Shown here: one piece after another, positions 41,031 to 56,738 of the stretch
Layout: each line of letters opens with the position of its first letter
How positions within the stretch are numbered: position 1 is the first letter of the stretch
Assembly: GCF_009914755.1 (NCBI RefSeq)
Contig: NC_060930.1
Origin: the human T2T-CHM13v2.0 reference genome, Homo sapiens
DNA length: 64,000 nucleotides
Strand: one strand, 5' to 3'
Notes under the pieces: model-generated
Database searches by the model: none
Seen by the model: only the letters and a program-made list of their open reading frames with translations
What the model was told of the DNA's origin: nothing
Translations under genes and position numbers: made by a program

Positions 41031-44000
41031 TAAACAAAAACATGATGTTTTGCCACAACGTAAGTTTTATGTAAGAACTCTAGGCTTGGCATTTTTCTTG
41101 TCATATCTTAGTGGGATATGAATAGCAGGTCTGAGTGTTCACCATTTTACAATGAAGAAACTCGAGGCAAAGAGAACTGTCCAAGTGTACTCAGAATTAA
41201 CAGACACTGGATCTTAAAACCTTTCGATATGATTTCAGTCTGTGGAGGTTTGAGCTGTAATGCAGCCAGATTTAGCTAAAAAGTCAGTGGGTTCGGGGAA
41301 GACCAGCAGGAGGCAGTGGAGCACCAGCACAAGCTGAGGCCAACTCCCATTGGTGAGGCTTGGGCAAATGTAGCTTAAGTCAGGTGAGAAGCACTGGCTT
41401 GGTGGCCTGGGCTTACATGAGGCCTACACTAAGCTCACTGCGTCTCTGCTCTCAGTGAGGAAGGTGGTTTCAGACCCTTCATTTTGGAGGGGCTGTCATT
41501 TAAAACAAGGTACCAGGCTCTGTCTGTGACTCTAGGACTGATAAGGCAGATTTCCTTGCTCTCAAGTCTTTGATCCCTGTAGCCTACCTACTAGGATTGA
41601 GTAAAGCAACACTGTCTTAATCATGCCTAGGCTCAAGGATCTTGTGATTTAGTCAAGTTCTTAGAGAGGGGAAAAGGATTTTCTACTAAAATCTCAAAAG
41701 AATTCCTATATTTTAATCCCCCACTGGAAAGATACTCCAGAGGGAAATGAATGATGTCTACCATAAGGTGTGTGAGTCTTGGGCACAATTAATCTTTTTA
41801 CCTACTGTATGCTTTAGTTTGTCTCCACATCTTTGGACCTCAAGGCCTTTTATTTCAACCTCTCATTTCCTTTTCCTTTGCCTTGGTTGAGACATTTTTT
41901 TTTAGCTCTCCAGTTGCATTCCTGTATGCCATCCTTACCCTTTGAATTTTCATGTAAGCCTCAAAAAAACAAATATTTCTACATAGTTTCTCTCCACCTA
42001 TCTTTTCTGCCCCTTCCTTTGGCAGTTTTTAGACTTTTTTTTGTACGAAGAAACTCCTTGTTTTCCGTAGTCTTTCAAAACAACACTGTGATGAACATTC
42101 ATCTCAGATTTTCTCCACTGTAATATTTAAAAATTGCAAATAAATTGTATTTTATTCTATTAGATTTAGACAGTGTACTCAAAAACAAAATGTTTGTCAG
42201 AATGAGTAAATATGAAACAATACCATTGTCACTAGCTTAAATAGTGGTTAAGTGATATTGTTCAGTAAATCCATATGTAAGGATAAAGTCAGAATGGTAA
42301 AAGCTTGACATTTCACAGGAAATGTGTGGATTAAAGGGATTTTTATTTGTTTAAATATAGTCGCTTTGTAATTTAGATAGAATAATACTGTTAAACCAAT
42401 TTGAAGATAAGGTGTGCTTTCTATGTTGATGTTTTTAGGTTATATTATAATTTGATGTCTCTTTACCAACAAAGGAAAGATATACATATATAGATTAATT
42501 CTCTTGGATATGAGTTTTATCACAATAATGCTTTTATTTCTACCTTTAGTTTTAAAAATACTTAAAATTGCCTCTTGAAAAATCTATATTTAAAAAAACA
42601 TGAATCCAGGACATAGTCATTTTAATTAGTGTATTTGAATATAATGTTCACTAATGAGAATGATCTCAAGGTAATTCAAGAAGAGATCATGAAGTCTTTG
42701 TTTTTCTAGGAAATTTCCAATTTTTTTCTGTCTTTAAAGGTGGACTTATTTTTAAAGGTGGACTCTTTTTTTTGCCAACATTGCATGCACTTTCGTTGCC
42801 CTTCTTGTTTCCTGTTATGCTTGCTGTAACTCACTGTGTAAACCTTGAGGCTCCATTACTTGCTTTGAGGTTTGGTATCCTATTCTTTAGTTATATTGCG
42901 ACTGCAGAAACACTGCAGTGTGGTCTTTAGAGTTTCAAGGGTGTCATAGTACTTAAGGCTACTTTTTGTCCTCCTTTTTTGCTTCCTTATTCCTTGCAAA
43001 GCTTTGCCTTGGCCACATGTGAGTTCAAGTAGTATGTTTCCACAGTTTCTAAATTCTTACTCTAAGGAATTAGGGACAAGATGATTTCCCCAAATCATCC
43101 CTATCCCATGTATGGGCCTTCTAGGAATAGTACCATAAAAATCTGTCTTTATTAATAGGTCCTTTCTGACAAATCAACACTTAAACATTATTTTAACACA
43201 ATTTTATGATGATGATTATCTGCTACAGTTTTACGTATTTTAATCATTAACTTATTGATTGTGCCTTGAGGCCTCTTACATAAAGGATGCAATTTGAATA
43301 ATGCCTTGGTAAAACCATTTAATCTCTGTTTACAACTATATTATGTTTCATCCCAAACAGTAATGATGACTCCTTTCTATGGATAACATGGCACATATTG
43401 TTTACATGTAAATGTTGTTTTAAAAGCTATATTTTGTTAGACTTAGATTTTCACATTCAAGATCATTCCTAAAGCTTTATGTGATTTTTTAAAAGATAAT
43501 TTTAATCTACCTATAGTGTGTATAAATTTATTACCTAGAGAAAAGGAAGAAATTATACTGTCTGATAGGGGAGAGAATTCTGAATAATTAAGGGGCAACT
43601 AGTTGGAATTAATTTTAGTACACTAGGGATGAACTAGATTTAGTTTAAGCCTCTGTTGATAAGAGCTCTAGAATCCTTTCTGTTTATCACAGAAGGCCCA
43701 GCCCTGTGTTAATCCTTTCCTGAGCACCTTAGCCAGCAGTGACTAACAACTCTTTCAATCTCCACTAAATTTTAAGTGTCTAAATAGCAGGGATTCTATC
43801 TTAAAGTTTTTATATTCTCCCCACCCATCTCTTGCATAGGAAAGAATGCTCTGCACCTAGTCTTTTCTTAGTATATATTCGTTGGCCGAAAATGGACCTT
43901 AAGTGTGTTAAGCCATTAGTTTTCTCTTTGAAAAATTGAAGGATATGCTACTTCATGGTTTTTTCCTTCATATTTAAATCTTGCTGTTGTCGTAAAGACA

Positions 44001-44453
44001 GACTTTTCATTTAAAAAGTATAATTGCTAAGGAATGTGTTTTCGTTCTTTCAGGGAACCCTTCCAGCCAGATCATTTGCTTTTCTGACTGTTGAGTATAG
44101 ATAGGCTTGTCCTTAGAGAAAGCAGACTGTGAGTGCCACAGTGAATGCCTTGTATTATTTTCTCTTTACAAAGATAAACCAAAGTTCTAAAAGAGCACAT
44201 TGTCTGCTTTATTTGTAGGGAAAGAATGTGTATCAAAAGGGGATATAATATTTTGTTGATAGAGACAAATGGACTAAAAAATAATGTTATTTCTCTTTGA
44301 AACATTTAACATTTTAAGTGGCTTTTTGAGAAGATGGCTGATTTAAAGTAAACTTGCTATCCTTTGGCATGGTTGAGCCATTTAAAATAATTTGTTAGAG
44401 TGGGGAATGCTAACCTTTATTAAGTCCTGCAGTATGTCTGGCACTTTGTGTAA

Positions 44454-44855
<402 letters not shown>

Positions 44856-45194
44856 TGAGTTTACTGCTAGGTAGAAGCTCTGGGATTCACATGATTTTTC
44901 TGTTCATTGGATGGGCCATACCACAAACACTAGATAAGCTTTATGACATTGTCTTCTTCCTTTAGAAAAATGAAAAATAAAAACAAAATATTGAAAGGAA
45001 CAGAGAACTAGACATTGCTGAACACCTGGCTAAATTAATTATTCTACTTGAGCCCTAACTTTAGCCAAGGGGGATAGAAAAAGTCCGTGATTCTCATTTT
45101 TGGAAAGAAATATAATTTTCTTGGACAAGAAGAGCTTTTATTTTCATATTTATTAAACTCTGTCTGTATACTAATGTTTTAAGGACTGTCAGTA

Positions 45195-46968
45195 ATCAGG
45201 AACACAATGCCACCATTCACAATTGCCATAATAAGAATAACATACTTAGGAATACAGCTAACAAGAGAGGGGAATGAGCTCTACAATGAGAATTAGAAAA
45301 TACTGCTCAAAGAAATCAGAGATGACACAAACAAATGGAAAAACATCCCATACTCACAGATAGGAAAAATCAGTATCATTAAAATGGCCATTCTGCCCAA
45401 AGTAATTTATAGATTCAATGCTATTCCTATCCAACTACCAATGACATTCTTCACAGAACTAGAAAAACTATTTTAAAATTCGTATGGAACCAAATAGGCC
45501 TTAGTAGCCAAAGCAATCCTAAGCAAAAAGAACAAAGCTGGAGGCATCATGTTATCTGACTTCAAACTATACTACAGGGCTACAGTAACCAAAACAACAT
45601 GGTACTGGTACAAAAACAGACATAGACCAATGGAACAGAATAGAAAGCCCAGAAATAAGGCCGCACACCTACGACCATCTGATCTTCAACAAAGCCGACA
45701 AAAGCAATGGGGAAAAGGACTGCCTATTCAACAAGTAGTGCTGGGATAACTGACTAGCCATATGTAGAAGATTGAAACTGGACCCTTTCCTTACACCATA
45801 TAAAAAAATCAACTCAAGATGGATTAAAGACTTAAATGTTAAACCCAAAACACTACAAACCCTAGAAGACAACCTAGACAGTACCATCCTGGACATTAGA
45901 AATGGACAAAGATTTCATGACAAAGATACCAGAAGCAATTGCAACAAAAGCAAATAGGATCTAATTAAACTTAAGAGCTTCTGCACAGCAAAAGAAACTA
46001 TCAACAGAGTAAACAGACAACCTACCAAATGGGAGAAAATATTTGCCAACTGTGCATCTGACAAAGGTCTAATATCCAGCATCTATAAGGAACTTAAATT
46101 TAAAAGAAAAACAAAAAAAAGTCCATTAAAAAGTAGGCTAAGGACATGAACAGATACTTTTCTAAAGAAGACATACATGTGGCCAACAAGCATAGGAGAA
46201 AAAGCTTAGTATCACTGATCATTAGAGAAATGCAAATCAAAACCACAGTGAGATACCATCTCATACCAGTCAGAATGGCTATTATTAAAAAGTCAAAAAA
46301 TAATAGATGCTGGTGAGGTTGTGGAGAAAAGGGAACACATACACTGTTGGTGGGAGTGTAAATTAGTTCAACCATTGTGGAAAGCAGTATGGCAATTCCT
46401 CAAAGAGCTAAATACAGAACTACCATTCGACCCAGCAATGCTATTACCGAGTATAAGAGGAATATAAATCATTCTACCATAAAGACATATGCACGCGAAT
46501 GTTCATTGCAGCACTATTCACAATAGCAAAGACATGGAATCACCCTAAGTGCCCATCAGTGACAGATTGGGTAAAGACAATGTGGTACACATATACCATG
46601 GAATACTCTTCAGCCATAAAAAAGAACAAGATCTTGTCTTTTGCAGGAACATGGATGGAGCTGGAGGCCATTATCCTTAGCAAACTAATGCAGGAACAGA
46701 AAATCAAATGCTGCACATTCTCATTTATAAGTGGGAGTTAAATGATGAGAACTCATGAGCATAGAGAAGGGAACAACAGACACTGGAGCTTCCTTGAGGG
46801 TGGAGGGTGGGAGGAAGGAGAGGAGCAGAAAAAAATAACTATTGGGTACTAAGCTTAGTACGTGGGTGATGAAATATCTATACACCAAACTGCTATGATG
46901 TGAGTTTACCTATATAACAAACCTGCACATATCCCCCAAACTTAAAAGTTAAAAAAAAAAAAGAAAAA
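45195..46968 (+). mobile_element. 5'-truncated primate L1 (older L1PA): decayed ORF2 C-terminus and 3' UTR
   Basis: Translated fragments [42 protein letters not shown] and MFIAALFTIAKTW are L1 ORF2p; A-rich tail at 46951. Confidence 0.96.
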
Positions 46969-47199
46969 GATATGACTTTTGACCTCAGGGAACATAGTCT
47001 ATACTAGACTGTTATAACTTGTATTTTAATATAACTATTGAATTGCCTTGCAAATAATAATAACCTCTTTGGAGACAGATACCACATTTTGTTAGGTTTA
47101 AATTCAAGTAAGTATTGGATATTTAGAAATATTTCACAAAACTTAATAAATAAATAGACATTAGTCTCCTGAGAGGGAAGTTCTCTTGTTTTGGAAGGC

Positions 47200-47425
47200 A
47201 CTGTGGTGTGGCGGGGAGAATGTAGACTTTGGAATCAAACCAGAGCCCAGACCTATTTGCCAGTTATTTGCCATGTGACTTTGGTTAAGTCAGCCTCTCT
47301 GGACTTAGTTTTCTCATCTTTCAAATAAGGATAGTGATGGGATTGATATGAAGGTTACGTATGATAATAACCCTTAGTATTGTGCTTATTAGCACAGTGT
47401 CTGATACATAGCAAATGATCAATAA
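47200..47425 (+). mobile_element. MIR SINE
   Basis: tgtgactttggttaagtcagcctctctggacttagttttctcatctt MIR core. Confidence 0.75.
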
Positions 47426-48026
47426 AATGCCCTCCCCTAAGTTCTTATTTAATATGACGTAGAAAGTAGTAAGCATAGTAGGAGGACAAGCTCAAGAGTA
47501 AGATATATCTACCTAGGAGACTCAGAGAGGGCTTCATGGACAAATTGATATTTGAATTGAACCCTGAAGGATGGTAAGATTTGGACATACAGAATTGGGA
47601 TGCATGAATATTTTATGATCCATGAAGTATTCATATAAAGGTTGTTGGTAACATAATAAAGGACCTTTTAAACCATGGTTTGGCTAAACACATAGAACCA
47701 TTACTCAAGTGCAGAGTCTTACACTGAACCTTTGTAAAAGCTGAGAGCATGTTATTAAGTTTCAGTTAAAGTATTCCTGCTGGATGCTGAGAAATTACAG
47801 GTTGGTTTTATTGCTGTCTTCTGATCTTTATCTTTCTTAATATATATATATATAGAAGTTAGAAAATATATATGGCAGTTCCTTGATACACGTGTTTTTA
47901 TTTCTTTTAAAATGTCAGATGTCCAAAGCAAGTTGGTTGAGGGTGCTGAGCTCTTTTCAGGGTTCAGTTTTCTAATCAATGCCAAGATGCTAACTTTTAG
48001 GTAGTCATTAACGAGATACATTTTGG

Positions 48027-48331
48027 GGCTGGGCACGGTGGCTCACACCTATAATCTCAGTGCTATGGGTGGCCAAGGTGGGAAGATCACTTGAGCCCAG
48101 GAGCTCAAGACCAGCCTAGGCAACACAGCAAGACTCCCTCTCTCCAAAAAAATAAAAAAATTAGCTGGTGATACAGGTGTGGTGATACACACCTGTAGTC
48201 TCAGCTATTTGGGAGGCTGAGATGGGATTGAGCCCAGGAGTTCAAGGTTACAGTGAGCCATGAGCATGCCACTTTACTCTAGCCTGGGAGATAGAGTGAC
48301 ACCCTGCGTCTTAAAGAAAAAAAAAAAAAAA
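48027..48331 (+). mobile_element. AluJ element
   Basis: cacttgagcccaggag J-type arms and A tail. Confidence 0.92.
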
Positions 48332-48827
48332 GTTTTGGGCTTTGAGGTGATACAAAGATATAAGATCAGTGCCTCTCAAACTTTTTATGTTTGTCATACA
48401 TTTTTTGAATATTTGAATTTTTGGTAGCATGCTTAAAGTGTCTAAGTTGAATCCATGGAAGTTATTATGGCAGAAATCACTTGGGTCACCCTTCAGCACT
48501 GTGTCATCATACAAGCAGAACTGTTGACTGCCCTGACTTCAGTGTTTACCTGTTCTAGTGAATTTTTGCAGTCTTTTTTTGGCTTTACCTTGTACTTCTT
48601 ATCTGCAGCTAGTTATGCCTTTCTCAAAATTGTATCTAAGGGCCTACTCAGGTCAAGGTTCCATCTGACTGATTTCACAATAAACATCTTTCCTCATTTT
48701 CAGCAAAGATAAATTTACTTGCTGATTTAAAATAATTGAAGAATTGGTTTAGAATAGTACATAGGATACTTGACGGGATAGATCCTAGACAACATAGATG
48801 TAGGTATTTAACATCGCTAAGGTGGTA

Positions 48828-51573
<2,746 letters not shown>

Positions 51574-51619
51574 GGTTTTATATTCTTCTTAGATAGTTTA
51601 GCACTCCAGGAAACACCTT

Positions 51620-52130
51620 AGTTCTTTATATTTACACTCAGGTGATCTCATCCTTTTTTATGGCTTCACATAGATCTATATGCCAATAACTCCTAAGGGC
51701 ATATTTTCAGCCTAACCACCTCCCTGAGCTCTAGACCCAGATATCCAAGTGCCTGCTTATGATCTATAGATGATCTATGTTCTAGATTATACAAACATCA
51801 TAATACTTAGGAGGTATCTCAGACTTAAAGTGCTTAAAACTAAGCTGTTGGTATACCATTCTGCCCCAAACCAACTCCTCCTGTCGTCTTTCCAATCTCA
51901 GATAATGGCAATCTCATTGTTTTAGTTGCTCAGGTTAAAAACCTTGATGTATATAGTCTTTTACTCCTTTCTCTCATACCGATGCTCTCAGCAAATTCTT
52001 CTGGCTCAACCTTGAAAGTATGAAAGTATATCATTATCCAGTTTGTACTGCCACAATATTGGTCCACACCATCACCATCTCTTATCTAATTATTGCAATA
52101 GCTTCCTAATTCCTCTTCCAGCTTCTGTCT
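51620..52130 (+). mobile_element. L2 fragment
   Basis: ctccctgagctctagacccagatatccaagtgcctgc...ttattgcaatagcttcctaa. Confidence 0.7.
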
Positions 52131-52829
52131 CAGAAGATTTGATCAGTGTCATTATAAGCAGAGAGTACGAGGGCCACTGTTTGGGCCAATTTTTTTCAAA
52201 AGGGGGATTTAAAATTTCTTCAAGTCCTAGGACAGAATCTCTTAATGCCCTATAGAATTTCATGTCCCACGTCTTGAGAGAGGTGATTTTCTCCTCTATG
52301 TATAGTAAATTGACCATAATATTAAGAGCTTTCCAGTATAGCCTCTGTGAATATCTGATTTTGGGAATAGCCTTTTGATGGACAGTTGCCCTATATATCC
52401 TAAATATGTTACTAATCTTAAAATAATGAGAATATAATGAAGTGTACTCACCACTGAAAGTCTACTGAACATAATCTTCTTTTTAATCATTTAGAATGAA
52501 CTTCAGGATTTGGAACATGCTTCTGGCTGATCATTAGGAACATCAATTATCATTGTATAGTAGAGGAAGCACTGGTTAGTAGAGATTTCCAGTTGAGTTA
52601 GTGTCAGAAAAAGCAGCATTCTGTCTTCTAAAATTAAAAATAGTTTAATTCTTTCTGGTTATTTTCCCCTCTGAAATTTGGGGCATAAGGTTACGTACTG
52701 ATATTGTGGTAGCAGTGATGGTTGACTGGATTTATATATTACTTAATGGCAGATTGTACTTTAAAAAGGGAAGTTCAGTCATTGAATTTTGCAAACACTT
52801 TATCTGACTTGTATATGCCTTAGCTTTTT

Positions 52830-53142
52830 TATTTATTTATTTGGAGACAGACTCTTGCTTTGTCGCCCAGGTTGGAGTGCAGTGGTGCGATCTTCGCTCA
52901 CTGCAACCTCCGCCTCCTGGGTTCAAGCAATTCTCCTGTCTCCAAGCAATTCTCCTGTGTCAGCCTCCCGAGTATCTGGGATTACAGGCACACGCCACCA
53001 TGCCTGGCTAATTTTTGTATTTGTAGTAGAGACAGGGTTTTGCCATATTGGTCAAGCTGTTCTCAAACTCCTGCTCTGGTGATCCACCCTCCTCAGCCTC
53101 CCAAAGTGCTGGGATTACAGGCGTGAGCTGATGCGTACAGCC
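52830..53142 (-). mobile_element. AluS element with an internal 19-bp tandem duplication
   Basis: TSD gccttagcttttt at 52817 and 53144. Confidence 0.94.
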
Positions 53143-53981
53143 GGCCTTAGCTTTTTAAATTTTATGTGAATTTCCCAACTATGTAGACATGAAGTCCTTT
53201 CTGGTTTAGTGGCAAAATAAAAGATACTAATGAGAATGTCTTTGGGACATAATTATGTAGATTTAAAGGAGTGATGTAGTTTTAATTATGCCCTTTAGCT
53301 AGTGTACTTACATATTAAGCTCATTCATGTCTCCTTTTCCCTCTGAAACATTGCTTTTCTCAAGCCCTAAATTAGTAATCAGCTCATGGGTATACCTGAA
53401 GGTTATGTAAGTTAAGTTGAAGGCTGCCAAAGAATGTGTTTAAACTATTAATCCAAAACATACAGTTTATAGTTAGAAAAAAATGGCCCATGGGTTTACA
53501 GTGTTCTTCGCTGGATTGACATGGAGGAAATTCCAGCCTTGTATGTGTATGTGTTCCTTTCTCTTTCCCTCCCCAAATAAAAAACATCCTTTGGTTGGAA
53601 TGCATTGAAACATGTAATGTATTGTCTCCCTTTGGCTATTTTTATTAAACTCAGGGAACTTGAAGTAAAATAATAATAGTAATATGAAATTATAAGTTTT
53701 CTTTCTTTTTTTTACCGTTCTACTTTTTTGGTTTGTTTGTTTACTTTTATTATGGGCTTCTAGATTTAATAGAAAAGTAGCTACCTCGAAGCTATGAAAT
53801 GATTTATTCACTTTAGGGCAAAACTTATGAGGCTACCAGCCCCTATTTTGTGGATGGTTTTGTTTTTATTTGTGAGAAGGTAGATAGGGAAAATCATTGG
53901 TAAATTTTAAAAAGAAAGGCTCTGAAAATGTTTTGAGGCTAAATTTTCTCTTAAATAATAGTAAAAATGTAGAATTTATAA

Positions 53982-54190
53982 TAGGAGTCAGTAAACTTTC
54001 TTTAAAGGGCCAGATAGTAAATAAATTTTGCTTTATGAACCATATGGTTTCTGTTGCACTTACTCTGCTGCTGCAGCATGAAAGCAACCATCAACAATGT
54101 TTAAACAAATGGATGTAGCTGTGTTACTATCACAAAAACAGGCAGCTGTCTGGATTTGGCCTGTGGACTGGCCATAGTTGGCCATCTCCT
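53982..54190 (+). mobile_element. MER58A-like hAT MITE
   Basis: gtaaactttctttaaagggccagatagtaaata...ggatttggcctgtgg. Confidence 0.85.
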
Positions 54191-54529
54191 AATTTAGAAT
54201 GTGGATTCCTTAAATTTTTTTCTTTATTCCTTTTTCAAACTGACATTAAAACACCTGACATTAAAACACACTGATATGTGTTTTAGCTACTTTTATATAC
54301 TTTTTCTCAATGATCATCATAATAGTTTATGAAACAAGTGGAGAAAATACTTTAAAAAAATTTAACATTATCAAAAATTCCAAATGTATACAAATACAAA
54401 TTCTCACATATCTGTCATCATACTAAACAGTTATCAGTCTTTTCCATATTTTATTTATTTATCCCTTTTTATTCTTTGTGTTTTAGCTATTTTTGAAGCA
54501 AGTTTCAGACTAAGTCATATGCCGCTCTC

Positions 54530-54953
54530 TCTATATAAAGATATTTTTTATGAGGAACTGGCTCATGTGATTATGAAGCCTGAGAAGTTCTATGATCTGC
54601 TGTCAGCAAGCTGGAGACTCGGGAAAGCCAGTGGTGTAGTTCAATCTGAGTCCAAAGGCCTGAGAACTGGGGGAGCCAGTAAGTCCCAGTCCAAGGATAG
54701 GAGAAGACCAGTGTCTCAGCTCATGTGGTCAGGCAGACAGGAGAATTCTCCCTTCACCTTTTGTTCTATTCAGGCTCTCATCAAATTGGGTGCTGCCCTC
54801 CTACATTGGGGAGAGCAGTCTTCTTTACAGAGCCTACTGATTCAAATACCAGTCTCATCTGGAGACAGCAAGACACACTCCAAAATAATGTTTAGCTAAA
54901 TATCTGGGCACGCTGTGATTTAGTCAAGTTGGCATGTGAAATTAACCATCACA
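54530..54953 (-). mobile_element. MLT2-type LTR (partial), within old L1 remnants
   Basis: gaggaactggctcatgtgattatg...aattaaccatcaca terminus. Confidence 0.85.
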
Positions 54954-55999
54954 GATACCTATACACAGCAGTATGCACCTCTTAAAAAAAATAGACACTT
55001 TCTTACATAATTTTAGTGTTACTGTCTTATGATTTGGCAAAATTAGCAATAATTTTTGGTGACATCAGATATCCAGATCATGTTCCGATTTCTCCAATTG
55101 CTTAAAAAATGTTTTGTTTTTGTTTTTACATCTGGTTTGTTTGAACTAGGATTTACATCAGGTCACATGTTAGATTTGGTGTTGTCTCATAAATCTTTTA
55201 GTAATCCCTTACCTCTCCTTTTCTCTCTCCTTTTTTGTTTTTGTTTTTTTTTCAGCCCATTAACTTGAAGAAATGAGCCAGTTCTATATGTTTCACATTT
55301 TGGGTTTATTTGTTTGCTTTTTTTGTGGTGTCATTTAATTTGTTACTGTATAACCCATTTTTTTTTTTTTTTTCTGTAAATGGAATTAGCTCTAAAGACT
55401 TACGTAGATTCAGGCGCAACCTTTTTGGCAAGAATCCTTCATAAGTGGTACTTTATTTTTCATATTATGTCACATAGGAAGCATATTGGGTAGCAGTAGT
55501 TTGAACCCTCTGTTTTGTTAAGTTCTTCAACAAGTCTTCATCTAATGGTTTGTCTATCGAATGATCTTTCCAAAATCACTTATATTATTTTTATTTCTAA
55601 AGTTATTAGCTGGAATTCTTCTGTAAGAACATTTCTAAATCATCTTAAGTGTTTGGCTTCCTCAGAAATAAATAAGGGAGATCATATTTTTATTCCATTC
55701 TGCACCTTAGTATTGAGTCTCAAAAAGGTTAAATGAATTGTCCAAACATATAAACTTTGTATCCTATATAGCTCAGAATCAAACCTAAGTTTTTGATACC
55801 AATTCTAATTATTTCAGATGCACTGCCAATGGGAGTCAGTCAGTTGACGTCGTAACAGGTTCTTCTTTGTTGTTGTACGTATAGCTTTAAAAGTTAAGGG
55901 ATGAGAAATAGGATGATTTAGGATAAGCCGCTTTCCTGTTTTATTTTCTGCATAAATTCAGGAAAGAATAGGTAATTTCATCTGACAAACTACAGATGT

Positions 56000-56240
56000 A
56001 GTTTTCAGAGCAATTAAGTGCTTGGAAATACAATTACTTGGATTCAAATTCTTGCTCTGCAACTTAGCAGCTGTAACCTGACTTTTGGCAGTTTCCTTAA
56101 CCTTTCTGTGCTCCAGTTTCTTCATCTGTGAAAAGAGGATCCTAATAGTATCTGTCCTAAAGGGTTGTTGTGAGGACTAAATAAAACTAATACAAAGAAA
56201 GTGCTTACAACCGTGCCTTGTACATAGTAAGTACTCAATA
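56000..56240 (+). mobile_element. MIR SINE
   Basis: ggattcaaattcttgctctgc...ctgtgctccagtttcttcatctgtgaaa...catagtaagtactcaata. Confidence 0.8.
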
Positions 56241-56444
56241 TCATTTTGCTTTTCAGAAATAAAACTGTCCCATGGCTATACCTTTACTTCTACCAGTCAT
56301 CCAAACGAAACATTAGAAATATTGTAATTTTGATCAGCATGGGGATTAGAAAAAAAAATATTGTAATAATCATAAACTTGTAGATAGTGGTTGAGAAGAT
56401 GTATAAAATCTGAATGTTTGTGTTTTAGATTTTTTGTGTTTGAA

Positions 56445-56738
56445 TTTCTTGATGGCTTGACTTAAAATTTTTTTATTTTATGATGTAAAACCATTCTGTT
56501 TTTCACTTTTACTGCAGTGTTCAATACATTACATGAGATATTTAATGCTTTTATAAGGTAAGCTTTGTGTTGGATTAGTTTGCCCAACTGTAGGCAAATG
56601 TAAGTGTTCTGAGCATGTTTAAAGTAAGCTGTGAGTTTTGGTAGGCTGGGTGTATTAAAATTCATTTTTGACATGATATTTTCAACTTGTGATGGGTTTA
56701 TCAGGACATAACCCCACCATAAGTCGGGGAAGGTCTCC
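56445..56738 (-). mobile_element. MER47-like TcMar-Tigger MITE
   Basis: ttcaacttgtgatgggtttatcaggacataaccccaccataagtcg terminal region. Confidence 0.7.

Noticed and set aside
45549-46741. L1 ORF2 fragments as an active retrotransposon
   Set aside because: 5'-truncated, frameshifted, with no ORF1, endonuclease or RT core.
54384-54899. Longest ORF (171 aa) as a novel gene
   Set aside because: It runs from an old L1 remnant into the antisense strand of an MLT2 LTR; no recognisable domain or exon structure.
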